The notes under the pieces: generated by a model | The model's input: the letters and a program-made list of their open reading frames with translations, nothing else | What the model was told of the DNA's origin: nothing | Databases searched by the model: none | Position numbers and translations under genes: made by a program | Shown: piece after piece, positions 1-11,199 of the stretch | Layout: the number at the start of each line of letters is the position of its first letter | How positions within the stretch are numbered: position 1 is the first letter of the stretch | Source of the DNA: Alphaproteobacteria bacterium | GTDB lineage: Bacteria > Pseudomonadota > Alphaproteobacteria > UBA828 | Direction: 5' to 3' | NCBI GenBank assembly: GCA_965221125.1 | Contig: CBDCRW010000007.1 | Location: forward strand, 576,001-640,000 | DNA: 64,000 nucleotides

Positions 1-1
1 C

Positions 2-1567
2 GACATCGCCGAACGCCTGGCGGAGAGGATGGAAGCGCGCCCGGAAATCCGCGCCGCCGAGGTGGCCGGCCCCGGCTTTCTCAACCTCAGGCTCACGGAC
101 GAATTCTGGTGGGCGCGGCTGGCCGAGCTGCTGGATACCGGCGCGGGCTACGGCGCCACGGATCTCGGCGGCGGCCAGCCGGTCAACGTCGAGTACGTCT
201 CGGCCAACCCGACCGGCCCGCTCCATGTCGGGCACGCCAGGGGGGCGGTGGTGGGGGACGCCCTCGCCAACCTGCTCGCGCACATGGGCTTCGCCGTGAC
301 GCGCGAATACTACGTGAACGACGCCGGCGCCCAGGTCGATACCCTGGCCCGCTCGGTCCACGCGCGCTACCGGGAGGCATGCGGAGAGACCGTCGGCGCC
401 ATTCCGGAGGGGCTCTATCCGGGCGACTATCTCGTCCCCGTCGGCGCGGCGCTGGCGGCCCGCGACGGCCGGCGCTGGCTGGAAGAGCCTGAATCGGCCT
501 GGCTGCCGGAGGTTCGCCGCTTCGCCACCGAGGCAATGATGGATCTCGTGCGCGCCGATCTCGATGCGTTGGGCGTGCGCCACGATCTGTTCCGATCCGA
601 GCGCGAGCTGGTGGGCGAAGGCCGCGTCGACGATGCCTACGCCGCGCTGGAGGCCGCCGATCTGATCTATAGCGGCGTGCTTGAGCCGCCCAAGGGCAAG
701 CGCGACGAGGACTGGGAGCCCCGCGAGCAGAGCCTCTTCCGTGCCACGTCCTTCGGCGACGACACCGACCGGCCGCTCAGGAAGTCGGACGGAACCTGGA
801 CCTACTTCGCCACGGACATCGCCTATCACCGCGACAAGATCGAGCGTGGATTCACCGACCTGATCGACGTCTGGGGGGCCGATCACGGCGGCTACGTCAA
901 GCGGATGAAGGCTGCCGTATCAGCGCTTTCCGGCGATTCGGCGAGTCTCGACGTGAAGATATGCCAGATGGTGAAGCTGCTCGACAGCGGCGAGCCGGTG
1001 GCGATGTCGAAGCGGGCCGGGCGCTTCGTGACCCTGCGCGACGTGGTCGACGAGGTCGGGCGCGATGTCGTTCGCTTCATCATGCTGACCCGGCGCAACG
1101 ACGCGCCGCTCGAATTCGACCTGCGCCGGGTCACGGAACAGTCGCGGGACAACCCGGTCTTCTACGTCCAGTATGCCCATGCGCGGGCCTGCTCGGCGCT
1201 CCGCCGCGGCTCGGAAATCGTGCCGGACTCGGACCTCGCGTCCGCCGCTCTCGCCGGCGCCGACCTCTCGTGCCTGGACCATGCGGCCGAGCTCGACCTG
1301 ATCCGGCGGCTGTGCCAGTGGCCGCGGGTGCTGGCGGGCGCCGCGCTCGCCCATGAGCCGCATCGAATCGCCTTTCATCTGCAGGAGCTCGCCGCCGCCT
1401 TCCACCTCTTCTGGACCAGGGGGAAGGATGACCCGCGGCTTCGCATCGTCGATGGCGAACGCCCGGCGGAGACACGCGCCCGGCTCGCATTGATAACCGC
1501 CGTCAAGATCGTTATTGCGGAGGGGCTGGCACTGTTCGGAGTCGATCCGGTGCAGGAGATGCGATGA
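2..1567 (+). CDS. argS: arginine--tRNA ligase (5' end lies outside the window)
   Basis: [16 protein letters not shown] (HIGH motif), AMSKRAG (KMSKS-like), YVQYAHAR anticodon-binding domain; frame is open back to position 2. Confidence 0.97.
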   Translation, partial: DIAERLAERMEARPEIRAAEVAGPGFLNLRLTDEFWWARLAELLDTGAGYGATDLGGGQPVNVEYVSANPTGPLHVGHARGAVVGDALANLLAHMGFAVTREYYVNDAGAQVDTLARSVHARYREACGETVGAIPEGLYPGDYLVPVGAALAARDGRRWLEEPESAWLPEVRRFATEAMMDLVRADLDALGVRHDLFRSERELVGEGRVDDAYAALEAADLIYSGVLEPPKGKRDEDWEPREQSLFRATSFGDDTDRPLRKSDGTWTYFATDIAYHRDKIERGFTDLIDVWGADHGGYVKRMKAAVSALSGDSASLDVKICQMVKLLDSGEPVAMSKRAGRFVTLRDVVDEVGRDVVRFIMLTRRNDAPLEFDLRRVTEQSRDNPVFYVQYAHARACSALRRGSEIVPDSDLASAALAGADLSCLDHAAELDLIRRLCQWPRVLAGAALAHEPHRIAFHLQELAAAFHLFWTRGKDDPRLRIVDGERPAETRARLALITAVKIVIAEGLALFGVDPVQEMR

Positions 1568-2814
1568 GCGCCGGCGAAGACGGCCCCGAGACTCCATCGG
1601 CGCCGGAGCCGCCGAGGCCGGAGCCGCCGAGGCCGGAAACGCCGCAGGAACCGGCGGAGCCTGCCGTCGCGGAAGGGGCCGAGCCTGCCGCCGGTGAGGC
1701 GGTGGAGAGCGGGCGCCCCCGGCTGCTTCCCGTGTGGATTCTCCTTGGTGCCGCCGCGCTCTCGGGCGGTGCCTGGGCGGTCATGGACAATGTGGGGGGC
1801 GGTGGCCCGCCTGCCGACGACGCCTCGGTGCCGCTCATCACCGCGTCGACCGAGCCCTGGAAGGTTCGGCCCGCCGATCCAGGCGGGATGGAGATCCCCA
1901 ATCAGGGCACGCTGATCTACGAGACGTTGACCACGGCCGATCCCGAGGAAGCGCCGGAGCGCATCCTGCCGCCACCGGAAGAGCCGCTGAGCCCGCCGAA
2001 ACCGGAGACCGACCGCGCCGAAGAGCTGGCCGTCGCGGCATCCGGTGTGGCGAGGGACGACGGAGCGCCGCAACCGGACACTGGCACTGCTCCGGTCGAG
2101 GATGCGGCGCCGCCAGAGCCCGAGGCGCCGGAGCCTGACGGGGGCGAAGACGCATCCCCGATGGAGGTCGAGACGGCGGCGGAGCCGGACATGGTCGAGG
2201 CGGCCCTCTCGCCGGAAGACGATGCCTCCTGGCCTGACTCGATCGTAAGACCGCATCCGCCCAAGCCCGGATCGTTGGCGGCATTGCAGGCTGGTGCAGG
2301 GCGATTGTCCGAGTCCGACAGGCCCGCCACGGCCGAAGAGTTACCGGAGCTGGAGCCCGAGACGGTGGCTCTGCTGGAGGAGCTGCTGGAGCGCGACTCC
2401 GGGGAGCCCGCCGGCCCGGCAAGGCAGGAGTACGTCGATGGCGTGCCGTTGCCCGTCTCCAAGCCGGCCCGCGTTGCGCGAGCCGCGCCAGCCGAGCCTT
2501 CGTTTGAAGAAACGGTCAGGTCCGAGCCGGAAACGACGCTGGATCCGGTGCAATCCGGCTCCCGCACCTGGCGCTACGTTCAGCTCGGCGCGGCCAACGC
2601 CAGAGGCCCGCTGGAAGGTCATTGGGAGATGCTGCGCCAACGTCACGGCGACGTGCTCGTCGGCTTGAGCCCGCTGATCATGCCGGTCGACAGCGGCGAC
2701 AGCGGCATCACGTACCGACTGCGCGCCGGCCCGCTCAGCGACGCGGGCGCGGCGCAACGGGTCTGCGCGCAGCTCAAGGAGCGCGGGCTCGCGTGCTTCG
2801 TCCCTCGGGATTGA
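1564..2814 (+). CDS. SPOR-domain membrane-anchored cell division protein (FtsN-like)
   Basis: Single N-terminal TM, P/E-rich linker, C-terminal SPOR (YVQLGA...YRLRAGP...[17 protein letters not shown]); conserved position between argS and nagZ. Confidence 0.85.
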   Translation: MSAGEDGPETPSAPEPPRPEPPRPETPQEPAEPAVAEGAEPAAGEAVESGRPRLLPVWILLGAAALSGGAWAVMDNVGGGGPPADDASVPLITASTEPWKVRPADPGGMEIPNQGTLIYETLTTADPEEAPERILPPPEEPLSPPKPETDRAEELAVAASGVARDDGAPQPDTGTAPVEDAAPPEPEAPEPDGGEDASPMEVETAAEPDMVEAALSPEDDASWPDSIVRPHPPKPGSLAALQAGAGRLSESDRPATAEELPELEPETVALLEELLERDSGEPAGPARQEYVDGVPLPVSKPARVARAAPAEPSFEETVRSEPETTLDPVQSGSRTWRYVQLGAANARGPLEGHWEMLRQRHGDVLVGLSPLIMPVDSGDSGITYRLRAGPLSDAGAAQRVCAQLKERGLACFVPRD

Positions 2815-2821
2815 GGCGGGT

Positions 2822-3856
2822 GTGACAGTGCGTGCCGCGCCGCGGGCGATGGTCCTGGGCTGCGCGGGCGTTGCGCTCGACGACGGCGAGCGCCGCCTCA
2901 TGGCCGATGCCGATCCGGCAGGCTTCATCCTGTTCAAGCGCAACTGCGAGAGCCCGGCGCAGACGCGGGCGCTGATCGAATCGCTCCGGGAGGCCGTGGG
3001 CCGGCCCGACGCGCCGGTGCTCGTCGATCAGGAGGGCGGGCGCGTAGTGCGGCTCGGCTCTCCCCACTGGCGCGAGCCGCCGGCGCCGGCCACGCTCGGC
3101 GCCTTGGCCGCGATCGATGAGACCGCCGGCGTGCGCGCGGCATGGTTGAACGCGCGGCTGGTGGCGGCGGATCTGCACGCGCTCGGCTTCAGCATCAACT
3201 GCGTGCCGGTGCTGGACCTCCGCTACGCCGGCGCGAGCAGGGTCGTGGGCGACCGTTCGCTCGGTGCCGACCCCCGCCCGGTGGCGAGGCTCGGCCGCGC
3301 GATCGCGGACGGCATGCTCGCCGGCGGCATCGTGCCGGCCGTCAAGCACCTGCCCGGTCATGGCCGGGCGGAGGCCGACAGCCACGCGGTGCTGCCGCAC
3401 GTGGACGCGCCGCTCGATGCGTTGCGCGCCCGCGACTTCGTGCCGTTTCGCACGCTCCGCGACGTGCCCGTGGGCCTCACGGCGCACGTCTGTTACGCCG
3501 CGCTCGATCCCGAGCGGCCGGGCACCCTCTCGCCAGAGGTCATCGCAAGGGCGGTGCGGGGCGATATCGGCTTCGACGGCCTGCTGGTGACCGACGATCT
3601 GTCCATGGGGGCGTTGACCGGCTCGGTTGGCGCCCGCGCGGCCGCCGCGCTCGCCGCCGGCTGCGACCTGGCCCTGCATTGCAACGGCAAGCGGGAGGAA
3701 ATGGAGGACGTCGCCGCGGCGGTGCCGCCGCTCGCCGGCCGGGCGCTGGAGCGATTCGAGCGCATGCTGGCGGCGCGACGGCAGCCGCAAGCGTTCGACG
3801 ATGCCGAGGGCCTTCGCGAGCTGGATGCCTTGCTCGCCAGGGTGATGCCGCAGTGA
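2822..3856 (+). CDS. nagZ: beta-N-acetylhexosaminidase (GH3)
   Basis: VDQEGGRV, KHLPGHGRAEADSH and TDDLSM motifs. Confidence 0.95.
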   Translation: MTVRAAPRAMVLGCAGVALDDGERRLMADADPAGFILFKRNCESPAQTRALIESLREAVGRPDAPVLVDQEGGRVVRLGSPHWREPPAPATLGALAAIDETAGVRAAWLNARLVAADLHALGFSINCVPVLDLRYAGASRVVGDRSLGADPRPVARLGRAIADGMLAGGIVPAVKHLPGHGRAEADSHAVLPHVDAPLDALRARDFVPFRTLRDVPVGLTAHVCYAALDPERPGTLSPEVIARAVRGDIGFDGLLVTDDLSMGALTGSVGARAAAALAAGCDLALHCNGKREEMEDVAAAVPPLAGRALERFERMLAARRQPQAFDDAEGLRELDALLARVMPQ

Positions 3857-4557
3857 TCGAAGCCTGGCTGCTCGCCGCATCGGTCTGGGTGATTCCGGTG
3901 CTGTTCGCCATTACCCTGCACGAGGTTGCGCACGGCTGGGCTGCGCTCAAGCTCGGCGACGACACGGCGGCCCGTCTCGGCCGCCTCACCCTCAATCCCA
4001 TCAAGCACGTGCACCCCGTGGGCACGATCCTGTTGCCGGGGGCCCTCATCGCGCTCGGCGCGCCGTTCGTCTTCGGCTTTGCCAAGCCGGTGCCGGTCAA
4101 TCCGGCGCGGCTTCGCAACCCGCGCGGCGGCATGGTCCTGGTGGCGCTCGCGGGGCCGGGGATGAACATCCTCCTGGCCTGCCTCTCGGCGCTGCTGCTG
4201 CACGCTGCGCTGGCCTTTCCGCCGGTGTTCGCGGAGTGGTGGCGGGCGACCTTCACCCTCGGCATCGCCATCAATCTGGTGCTGGCGATCTTCAACATGC
4301 TGCCGGTGCCGCCGCTGGACGGCGGACGCGTGGTGCACGGGTTGCTGCCGCCGCGCTCCGCCGAACGTTTCGCGCGACTCGAACGCTTTGGTATCATCGC
4401 CGTGCTGGTCGGATTCTTTATCGTGCCGCTGATCGCGGCGGAGTTCGGCAGCGCGTTCAACCCGTTGGCCGAGGTCGTGTTGCCGCCGATGGCGGCGGGC
4501 TTCGAGCTGATCGTCGACGTGTTCGGCGTGGAGGCGCTGGTGTCATGGCGAATCTGA
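3853..4557 (+). CDS. site-2 protease family (M50) membrane metalloprotease
   Basis: HEVAHG zinc motif, VALAGP, FNMLPVPPLDGG; GTG start overlaps the nagZ stop (GTGA). Confidence 0.9.
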   Translation: MIEAWLLAASVWVIPVLFAITLHEVAHGWAALKLGDDTAARLGRLTLNPIKHVHPVGTILLPGALIALGAPFVFGFAKPVPVNPARLRNPRGGMVLVALAGPGMNILLACLSALLLHAALAFPPVFAEWWRATFTLGIAINLVLAIFNMLPVPPLDGGRVVHGLLPPRSAERFARLERFGIIAVLVGFFIVPLIAAEFGSAFNPLAEVVLPPMAAGFELIVDVFGVEALVSWRI

Positions 4558-5366
4558 CACCTTTCGAGGATGACGCGGGCGCGCGGGCCACCGCAGCCCC
4601 CGACCCCGCCGGTGCGAGCGACGAGGCCCGGCTGATCGTCAATCTCGACGGCTTCGAGGGCCCGCTCGACCTGCTGCTGACGCTGGCCCGCACCCAGAAG
4701 GTCGACCTCGCGCGCATCTCCATTCTGGCGCTGGCCGAGCAGTATCTGGACTACGTCGCCCAGGCGCGGCGGCTCCGCATCGAACTCGCGGCCGGCTATC
4801 TGGTCATGGCGGCCTGGCTGGCCTACCTGAAATCGCGTCTGCTCCTGCCCGACGACGAAGCGGACGCCGAAGAGCCGAGCGGCCCCGAGATGGCGGCGGC
4901 GCTCGCGCGCAGGCTGCGGCGCCTGGCCGCGATGCGCGATGCCGCTGCGGTTCTGATGGACCGCCCGCAGCTCGGCCGCGACGTCTTCGCCGGCGGCACG
5001 GCCGAGGGTCTGCCGGTCCACGAGGAGGCGCTCCACGAGGCCACGCTCCACGAGCTGCTGCGCGCCTATGCCGCGCACCGGATCCGGCGCAAACCCCGCA
5101 ACCTCTTGATCGAGCTTAGCGCCTACCACTCCATGGACGACGCCTACCGGCGCCTCTCGCAGATGCTGGGCAGTACGCCGGAATGGGAGACCCTTGAGGG
5201 CTTCCTGCCCCGCGGCGCCGGGACAGAGAGCGAGGCAGCCGCCCGCTCCGGCCTTGCGAGCACGCTGGCTGCATCGCTGGAGCTCGCGCGCGAGGGCCGC
5301 CTGCAGATGCGCCAGATGGAGCCCTTCGGCCCCATCTACCTCCGCCGGAGACAGGAGGAGCCATGA
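4545..5366 (+). CDS. scpA: segregation and condensation protein A
   Basis: FEGPLDLLL, YLVMAAWLAYLKSRLLLP, C-terminal ASLELAREG..Q.EPFGPIYL. Confidence 0.93.
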   Translation: MANLTPFEDDAGARATAAPDPAGASDEARLIVNLDGFEGPLDLLLTLARTQKVDLARISILALAEQYLDYVAQARRLRIELAAGYLVMAAWLAYLKSRLLLPDDEADAEEPSGPEMAAALARRLRRLAAMRDAAAVLMDRPQLGRDVFAGGTAEGLPVHEEALHEATLHELLRAYAAHRIRRKPRNLLIELSAYHSMDDAYRRLSQMLGSTPEWETLEGFLPRGAGTESEAAARSGLASTLAASLELAREGRLQMRQMEPFGPIYLRRRQEEP

Positions 5367-6100
5367 CCATCGAACCGCTCGACCCTTCGCCCTCCCTGGA
5401 GCCGACCGAGGAGGACGAGCGCGCGGCCCGTGCGGCCCGCATCATGGAGGCCGTGATCTTCGCCTCGGACCGGCCCGTCGCTGCCGAGACGCTGGCGGCG
5501 CAGCTGCCGGACGGCTCCGATGTCGAGGCGGGGCTCGCCAGGCTCGCCGCGCATTACCGGCACCGCGGCATCCATCTCGTGAAGGTGGCCGGCGGCTGGA
5601 CCTTTCGCACCGCTCCCGACCTGGCCGAGCATCTCACGGTTCACCGTGTCGTCCGCCGACGGCTCTCGCGGGCTGCGCTGGAGACGCTCGCGATCATCGC
5701 CTATCACCAGCCGGTGACGCGGGCGGAGGTGGAGGAGATTCGCGGCGTCCACGTCGGGCGGGGCACGCTCGACCTGCTGCTGGAGGCGGGCTGGATCGCG
5801 CCGAAGGGACGCCGGCGCACGCCGGGCCGCCCTGTCACCTGGGTCACCACGACGGCGTTCATGGAGCACTTCGGCCTGGAGAGTCTCGACGACCTGCCCG
5901 GAGTCGACGAGCTGGAGGCCGTGGGGCTGCTGGACGACTCGGACCAGCCGACCGAAGGGCCGGGCGAAGTCTCGATTCAGTTACCCCTTGACGAGGCCGG
6001 AGACGCGGCGGACGCGACCGAAGAGCCTGAGGAGGGAGAAGCCTCCGATGGGGATTCGACGACGGTCGTCCCGCTCTCCGGCCGTGGGGGTGCTTCCTAG
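5363..6100 (+). CDS. scpB: segregation and condensation protein B
   Basis: EAVIFAS, LSRAALETLAIIAYHQPVTRAEVEEIRGV, PGRP..W.TT..F. Confidence 0.95.
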   Translation: MTIEPLDPSPSLEPTEEDERAARAARIMEAVIFASDRPVAAETLAAQLPDGSDVEAGLARLAAHYRHRGIHLVKVAGGWTFRTAPDLAEHLTVHRVVRRRLSRAALETLAIIAYHQPVTRAEVEEIRGVHVGRGTLDLLLEAGWIAPKGRRRTPGRPVTWVTTTAFMEHFGLESLDDLPGVDELEAVGLLDDSDQPTEGPGEVSIQLPLDEAGDAADATEEPEEGEASDGDSTTVVPLSGRGGAS

Positions 6101-6139
6101 CCCGACTCCACCGGCGGGTACGCCCCGCCTCAGCCTGCA

Positions 6140-8896
6140 CTATTCAGCCGCTTCGGCGGGGGCGTCCGTCCGGGTGACGCGGGCAGCGCAGTACTTGAAC
6201 TCCGGAATCTTGCCGAACGGGTCGAGGGCCGGATTGGTCAGCATGTTGCCGGCGGCCTCGGCGAAGCAGAACGGGACGAAGACAACGCCGGCAGGAACGC
6301 CGGCATCGGCGCGAGCCCGCAGCGCGATGGCGCCCCGCCGGGTCTCGACCGTGATCGGCGTGCCCGGCTCGATGTGCATGCGCTCCAGCTCCGCCGGAGC
6401 AAGATGGGCGACGGCTTCCGGTTCGAGATGGTCGAGCACGGATGCGCGGCGGGTCATCGCGCCGGTGTGCCAGTGCTCGAGCATCCGGCCCGTCGTCAGC
6501 ACCAGTGGGAACTCGTCGTCAGGCGTTTCGTCCGGCGGCACGATGCCGGCGGGCACCAGCTTGCCCCGCTTGCTCGGCGTCGGATAGCCGTCCTCGAAGA
6601 TGACGTCGTGGCCGGGCTCGTCCTCGCCGCTGCAGGGGTAGGTGACGGCGCTCTCGTGACGGAGCCTGTCCCAGCTGATGTTGTCGAGCGAGGGCATGCA
6701 GCCCGCCATCTCGGCGAAGACATCGGCCGGGCCGTCGTAGGTCCAGTCGAGGCCGATGCGGCGTGCGATCTCCTGGATGATCCACCAGTCCTGCCTGGCG
6801 CCGTCGGGCATCGCAAGCGCCGTGCGGCCCATCTGCACCTGGCGGTTGGTGTTGGTGACGGTGCCGTCCTTCTCGGGCCAGGCGGAGGCCGGCAGCACCA
6901 CGTCGGCGTAGCTGGCGGTCTCGGTGAGGAAGAGCTCCTGCACCACGAGATGGTCGAGCGAGGCGAGGGCTTCGCGCACGTGCCGCAGGTTCGGGTCCGA
7001 CATCGCCGGGTTCTCGCCCATGATGTACATGCCCTTGATGTCGCCCTCGTGGGCGGCGTTCATGACCTCGACCACGGTGAGGCCGGCGTTGGGATCGAGC
7101 TCGGCTCCCCAGAATTCCGAGAACTTCTCGCGCCGGTCGGGGTCGGTCACCTTCTGGTAGTCGGGATACATCATGGGGATGAGGCCGGCGTCCGAGGCGC
7201 CCTGCACGTTGTTCTGGCCGCGCAGCGGATGCAGGCCGGTGCCGGGGCGGCCCACCTGGCCCGCGATGAGCGCCAGCGAGATGAGGCAGCGCGCATTGTC
7301 GGTGCCGTGGATGTGCTGGGAGATGCCCATGCCCCAGAAGATGATCGCGGCTTCTGCGCGCCCGTACAGTCGCGCGACTTTGCGCAGGACGTCGGGCTCG
7401 ATGCCGCAGACAGGCCCCATCTCCTCCGGCGCGTATCCCGCCAGATGGGCCTTGAGCTGCTCGAACCCCTCCGTGTGGGCCGAGACGTATTGCCGGTCGT
7501 AGAGCTCCTCCTCGACGATGACGTGCATGAGCGCGTTGAGGAGCGCCACGTCGGTGCCGGACTTGAACTGCAGGAAGTGGCTCGCGTGCCGCGCGAGCGC
7601 CGAGCCGCGCGGGTCGATCACGATCAGGTTCGCGCCGCGCTTTGCGGCGTTCTTGAAGAAGGTCGCGGCCACGGGATGGTTCGCGGTCGGCTGCGCGCCG
7701 ATGACGATGATGACGTCCGAATGCTCGACCTGGTTGAAGCTTGCGGTGACGGCGCCGGAGCCGATGCATTCGAGCAACGCCGCCACCGACGAGGCGTGGC
7801 AGAGCCGCGTGCAGTGATCGACGTTGTTGGTGCCGAAGCCGGCGCGCACGAGCTTCTGAAAGAGGTACGCTTCTTCGTTCGATCCCTTGGCCGAGCCGAA
7901 GCCGGCGAGCGCGCCCGCGCCATGCCGGTCCCGGATCTGCCGCAGGCCCTGAGCCGCCCGGTCGAGCGCTTCCTCCCAGCTCGCTTCCCTGAAGTGGGTC
8001 AGCGGATTCGCCGGGTCGATGTCGATTTCGGCGGACTTCGGCGCGTCCTCCCTGCGGATCAGCGGCGTCGTCAGCCGGTGGGGATGACTCACGTAGTCGA
8101 AGCCGAAGCGGCCCTTGACGCAGAGCCTGCCGTGGTTGGCGGGGCCGTCCTTGCCGTCGACCCAGAGGATCTTGTTGTCCTTCACGTTGAAGGTGAGCTG
8201 GCAGCCGACGCCGCAGTAGGGGCAGACGCTCTCGACCTGCTCGGCCGGCGTCTCCTTGCCGACCTCCCTGGCCGGCATGAGGGCGCCGGTCGGGCAGGCC
8301 TGCACGCATTCGCCGCAGGCAACACAGGTGCTCTCGCCCATGGGATCGTCGAAGTCGAAGACGATCTTGTTGCGCGCGCCGCGGCCGGCCATGCCGATGA
8401 CGTCGTTGACCTGAACCTCCCGGCAGGCACGCACGCAGCGGGTGCAATGGATGCAGGCATCGAGGTTGACCGCCATCGCCGTGTGGCTGAGGTCGGCAGC
8501 CGGAGACTGGCGCGCGGGGAAGCGGCTCGCGGTGCGCCCCATGCTCTCCGCCCAGTCCCAGAGTTCGCATGACGGATCGTGGCTGGATTCCTGCACAGGC
8601 TGATCCGCGATCAGCAGCTCCATCACCATGTCGCGGGCCCGCACCGCGCGCTCGACGGAAGCCCGCACCTCCATCCCCTCGCTCGGCTTGCGGATGCAGG
8701 AGGCCGCGAGCACCCGCTCGCCCTCGATCTCCACCATGCAGGCCCGGCAGTTGCCGTCGGCCCGGTAGCCGGGCTCGGGCGTGTAGCAGAGGTGGGGAAT
8801 GTCGATCCCGTTCCGCTTGGCGACCTGCCAGATGGTCTCGTCCGGCTCCGCGGTGACGGCGCGGCCGTCGAGGGTGAAGCGGATCACATCGCTCAT
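6140..8896 (-). CDS. fdhF: formate dehydrogenase alpha subunit (Mo/W-bisPGD, Cys ligand, Fe-S domains)
   Basis: N-terminal 2Fe-2S, CIHCTRCVRAC and CVACGECVQAC ferredoxin motifs, CPYCGVGC, CTRLCHASS, LRGQNNVQG; ATG at 8896 overlaps the beta-subunit stop. Confidence 0.95.
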   Translation of the reverse strand: MSDVIRFTLDGRAVTAEPDETIWQVAKRNGIDIPHLCYTPEPGYRADGNCRACMVEIEGERVLAASCIRKPSEGMEVRASVERAVRARDMVMELLIADQPVQESSHDPSCELWDWAESMGRTASRFPARQSPAADLSHTAMAVNLDACIHCTRCVRACREVQVNDVIGMAGRGARNKIVFDFDDPMGESTCVACGECVQACPTGALMPAREVGKETPAEQVESVCPYCGVGCQLTFNVKDNKILWVDGKDGPANHGRLCVKGRFGFDYVSHPHRLTTPLIRREDAPKSAEIDIDPANPLTHFREASWEEALDRAAQGLRQIRDRHGAGALAGFGSAKGSNEEAYLFQKLVRAGFGTNNVDHCTRLCHASSVAALLECIGSGAVTASFNQVEHSDVIIVIGAQPTANHPVAATFFKNAAKRGANLIVIDPRGSALARHASHFLQFKSGTDVALLNALMHVIVEEELYDRQYVSAHTEGFEQLKAHLAGYAPEEMGPVCGIEPDVLRKVARLYGRAEAAIIFWGMGISQHIHGTDNARCLISLALIAGQVGRPGTGLHPLRGQNNVQGASDAGLIPMMYPDYQKVTDPDRREKFSEFWGAELDPNAGLTVVEVMNAAHEGDIKGMYIMGENPAMSDPNLRHVREALASLDHLVVQELFLTETASYADVVLPASAWPEKDGTVTNTNRQVQMGRTALAMPDGARQDWWIIQEIARRIGLDWTYDGPADVFAEMAGCMPSLDNISWDRLRHESAVTYPCSGEDEPGHDVIFEDGYPTPSKRGKLVPAGIVPPDETPDDEFPLVLTTGRMLEHWHTGAMTRRASVLDHLEPEAVAHLAPAELERMHIEPGTPITVETRRGAIALRARADAGVPAGVVFVPFCFAEAAGNMLTNPALDPFGKIPEFKYCAARVTRTDAPAEAAE

Positions 8897-10623
8897 GCGA
8901 GCTCCTCCGGGAAATAGCGCAGGATCGAGAGCAGGGGGTTCGGCGCCGCCTGCCCCAGACCGCAGATCGAGGCGTCGGCCATGGCGGCGCTCAGCTCCCG
9001 CAGGAGCGGCGGGTCCCAGCGGCCGTCGCTCATCATGACGGCCGCCTTCTCGCAGCCGACGCGGCAGGGCGTGCATTGTCCACAGCTTTCGTCCTCGAAG
9101 AATCGCATCAGGTTGAGCGCGGCGCCCTTGAGATCGTCCTTGTCGGAGAGGACCACGACCGCGGCGGAGCCGATGAAGCAGCCGTGCGCCTCCAGAGTGC
9201 CGAAATCGAGCGGCAGGTCGGCCATGGAGGCGGGAAGGATGCCGCCGGAGGCGCCGCCCGGCAGATAGGCGCGGAAGCTGTGTCCGTCTGCCATGCCGCC
9301 GCAGTACTCCTGCAGCAGCTCGTTCATGGTGATGCCGGCCGGCGCGAGCTTGACGCCCGGCTCCTTCACCCGGCCCGACACCGAGAAGCTGTGGAAGCCA
9401 GAGCGCCCGTTGCGGCCCTCACCGGAGAACCAGGCGGGGCCTCGCTCCAGTATGTCGCGCACCCAGTGCAGCGTCTCGACGTTGTTGATGAGCGTGGGGC
9501 GGCCCCAGAGGCCGACCTGGGAGGGGAAGGGGGGCTTGTGCCTGGGCTCGCCCCGCTTGCCCTCGATGCTCTCCAGCATCGCCGACTCTTCGCCGCAGAT
9601 GTAGGCGCCCGCGCCCCGGCGGAGGATCAGCCTGGTCTGAGCCGTGAGGCCCGCCGCGTCGAGCTTCGCGATCTCTTCCAGCAGCACCTCGCGGATGCCC
9701 GGATATTCGTCGCGGAGGTAGATGTAGCACTCGGCGGCCTCGACGGCCCAGCCGGCGATCAGCGTGCCTTCGAGGAAGCGATGCGGGTCCTGCTCCATGT
9801 AGACCCGGTCCTTGATCGTGCCGGGCTCGCCTTCGTCGGCGTTGACGGCCATCAGCCGGGGCCCGGTCTCGGCCCGGACGAAGCGCCACTTGCGCCCGGT
9901 GGGGAAGCCCGCGCCGCCCTTTCCCTTGAGGCCGCTGTCTTCCAGCGCGCCGATCACGTCGTCGACGCGCCGCGCACCCGACAGGCACTCCCTGAGAACC
10001 CTGTAGCCCCCGCCCTCGACATAAGCGTCGAAATCGACGTAAGCCGGATTCACGGGCGAATGGTCCGGTCCTTCGACGCAGGCGAGGAGCCGTTCCACGG
10101 TCGCTCTCGTCACGTGGCGATGGCCGACCTCGGCCACCGGCGCCTCCTCGCAGCGGCCCATGCAGGGTGCCCGCACCACGCGCACGTCGTCGCCCACGGC
10201 CCCAGGCAACGCTTCCAACAGGTCCTGAGCGCCGAAACACTCGCACGTCAGGCTGTCGCAGACCCGCACCGTCAGCGGCGGTGGCGCGCTCTCCCCTTCC
10301 ATCACCACGTCGAAGTGAGCGTAGAACGTGGCGACCTCGTACACCTCGGCCATGGCGAGGCGCATCTCGGCCGCGAGCGCTGCCAGATGACGGGCCGCGA
10401 GGCAGCCATAGTGGTCCTGGATCCTGTGCAGATGCTCGATCAGCAGGTCGGGGCGCCTGGGCTCGTCGCCCAGCAGGGCCCGAATCTCTTCCTGCGCAGC
10501 CGGATCGACTTGACGGCCCTTTTCGGTGTAGCGCGCCCTGCGCCGCCCGCTGCCGGGGTGCCTGGGAGCCTGACGTTCGCCCGAAAGAGCCACCTGCGTC
10601 TCCGACGATGCTGTTCCGCCCAA
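8893..10623 (-). CDS. NAD-linked formate dehydrogenase beta subunit (NuoE-like + NuoF-like fusion); start uncertain
   Basis: VYEVATFYAHF and VCDSLTC...CMGRC (NuoE-like), GKGGAGFPTG, NADEGEPG, GAGAYICGEES, ESCGQCTPCRVG (NuoF-like). Confidence 0.9.
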   Translation of the reverse strand: MGGTASSETQVALSGERQAPRHPGSGRRRARYTEKGRQVDPAAQEEIRALLGDEPRRPDLLIEHLHRIQDHYGCLAARHLAALAAEMRLAMAEVYEVATFYAHFDVVMEGESAPPPLTVRVCDSLTCECFGAQDLLEALPGAVGDDVRVVRAPCMGRCEEAPVAEVGHRHVTRATVERLLACVEGPDHSPVNPAYVDFDAYVEGGGYRVLRECLSGARRVDDVIGALEDSGLKGKGGAGFPTGRKWRFVRAETGPRLMAVNADEGEPGTIKDRVYMEQDPHRFLEGTLIAGWAVEAAECYIYLRDEYPGIREVLLEEIAKLDAAGLTAQTRLILRRGAGAYICGEESAMLESIEGKRGEPRHKPPFPSQVGLWGRPTLINNVETLHWVRDILERGPAWFSGEGRNGRSGFHSFSVSGRVKEPGVKLAPAGITMNELLQEYCGGMADGHSFRAYLPGGASGGILPASMADLPLDFGTLEAHGCFIGSAAVVVLSDKDDLKGAALNLMRFFEDESCGQCTPCRVGCEKAAVMMSDGRWDPPLLRELSAAMADASICGLGQAAPNPLLSILRYFPEELA

Positions 10624-10735
10624 CTCGGCGCGCGCTGCGGCGAATTGGCCCCGATGCCTAGCACCTAGCCGGTCGACGGTCGAGACCTAGTTTGAATCCT
10701 GGTCGCGGCCGTCAGCGCATCAAGGAGGCGGGAAA

Positions 10736-10936
10736 TCAGTCGGCCCAGGACTCCGACCGGGGGACAGGCGATTCGACACGGGTCAGGCTGACCACGGCCG
10801 CGTTGATCAGGCGTTTGCCTGCATTCTCGAAATTGGCCGTCACGCGGTCGCCGATGACGGACTGCACCTGACCCAGGCCCCATTCCGGCGCCAGCGGGTT
10901 TCTGACCCAATCACCCGGCGCAAGGCCGTCGACCAC
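10736..10936 (-). CDS. DUF3553-type small protein
   Basis: PGDWVRNP..PEWGLGQVQSVIGDRVTANFENAGK pattern; GTG start after a purine-rich RBS. Confidence 0.8.
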   Translation of the reverse strand: MVDGLAPGDWVRNPLAPEWGLGQVQSVIGDRVTANFENAGKRLINAAVVSLTRVESPVPRSESWAD

Positions 10937-11199
10937 CGCCTTCCCCTCCCCTGTCTGCCGCCGCGTCGTCCTGCCCGCAGCTCCGGCATGATAGCCGGGC
11001 GGCGCTTCGTCGGCCATTTCAGACTGCGCCGGCATGCGGCTCCCTCCCCGAAAGGCGTTCTACACGACTGAAATAAAGACATTTTTGTCGCGACGCGGAC
11101 ATCTATACAGCCGACCGGCCGATGCGTTGGAATGGCTTGCCGAGGCGTCGGCTCGTTCCTATACTCCGCGCCCATTTCGAGGTGGGATCCGGTACGGCA

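Noticed and set aside
6140-8896. Selenocysteine-containing FDH
   Set aside because: The frame is open with no in-frame TGA; the active-site residue is Cys (RLCH).
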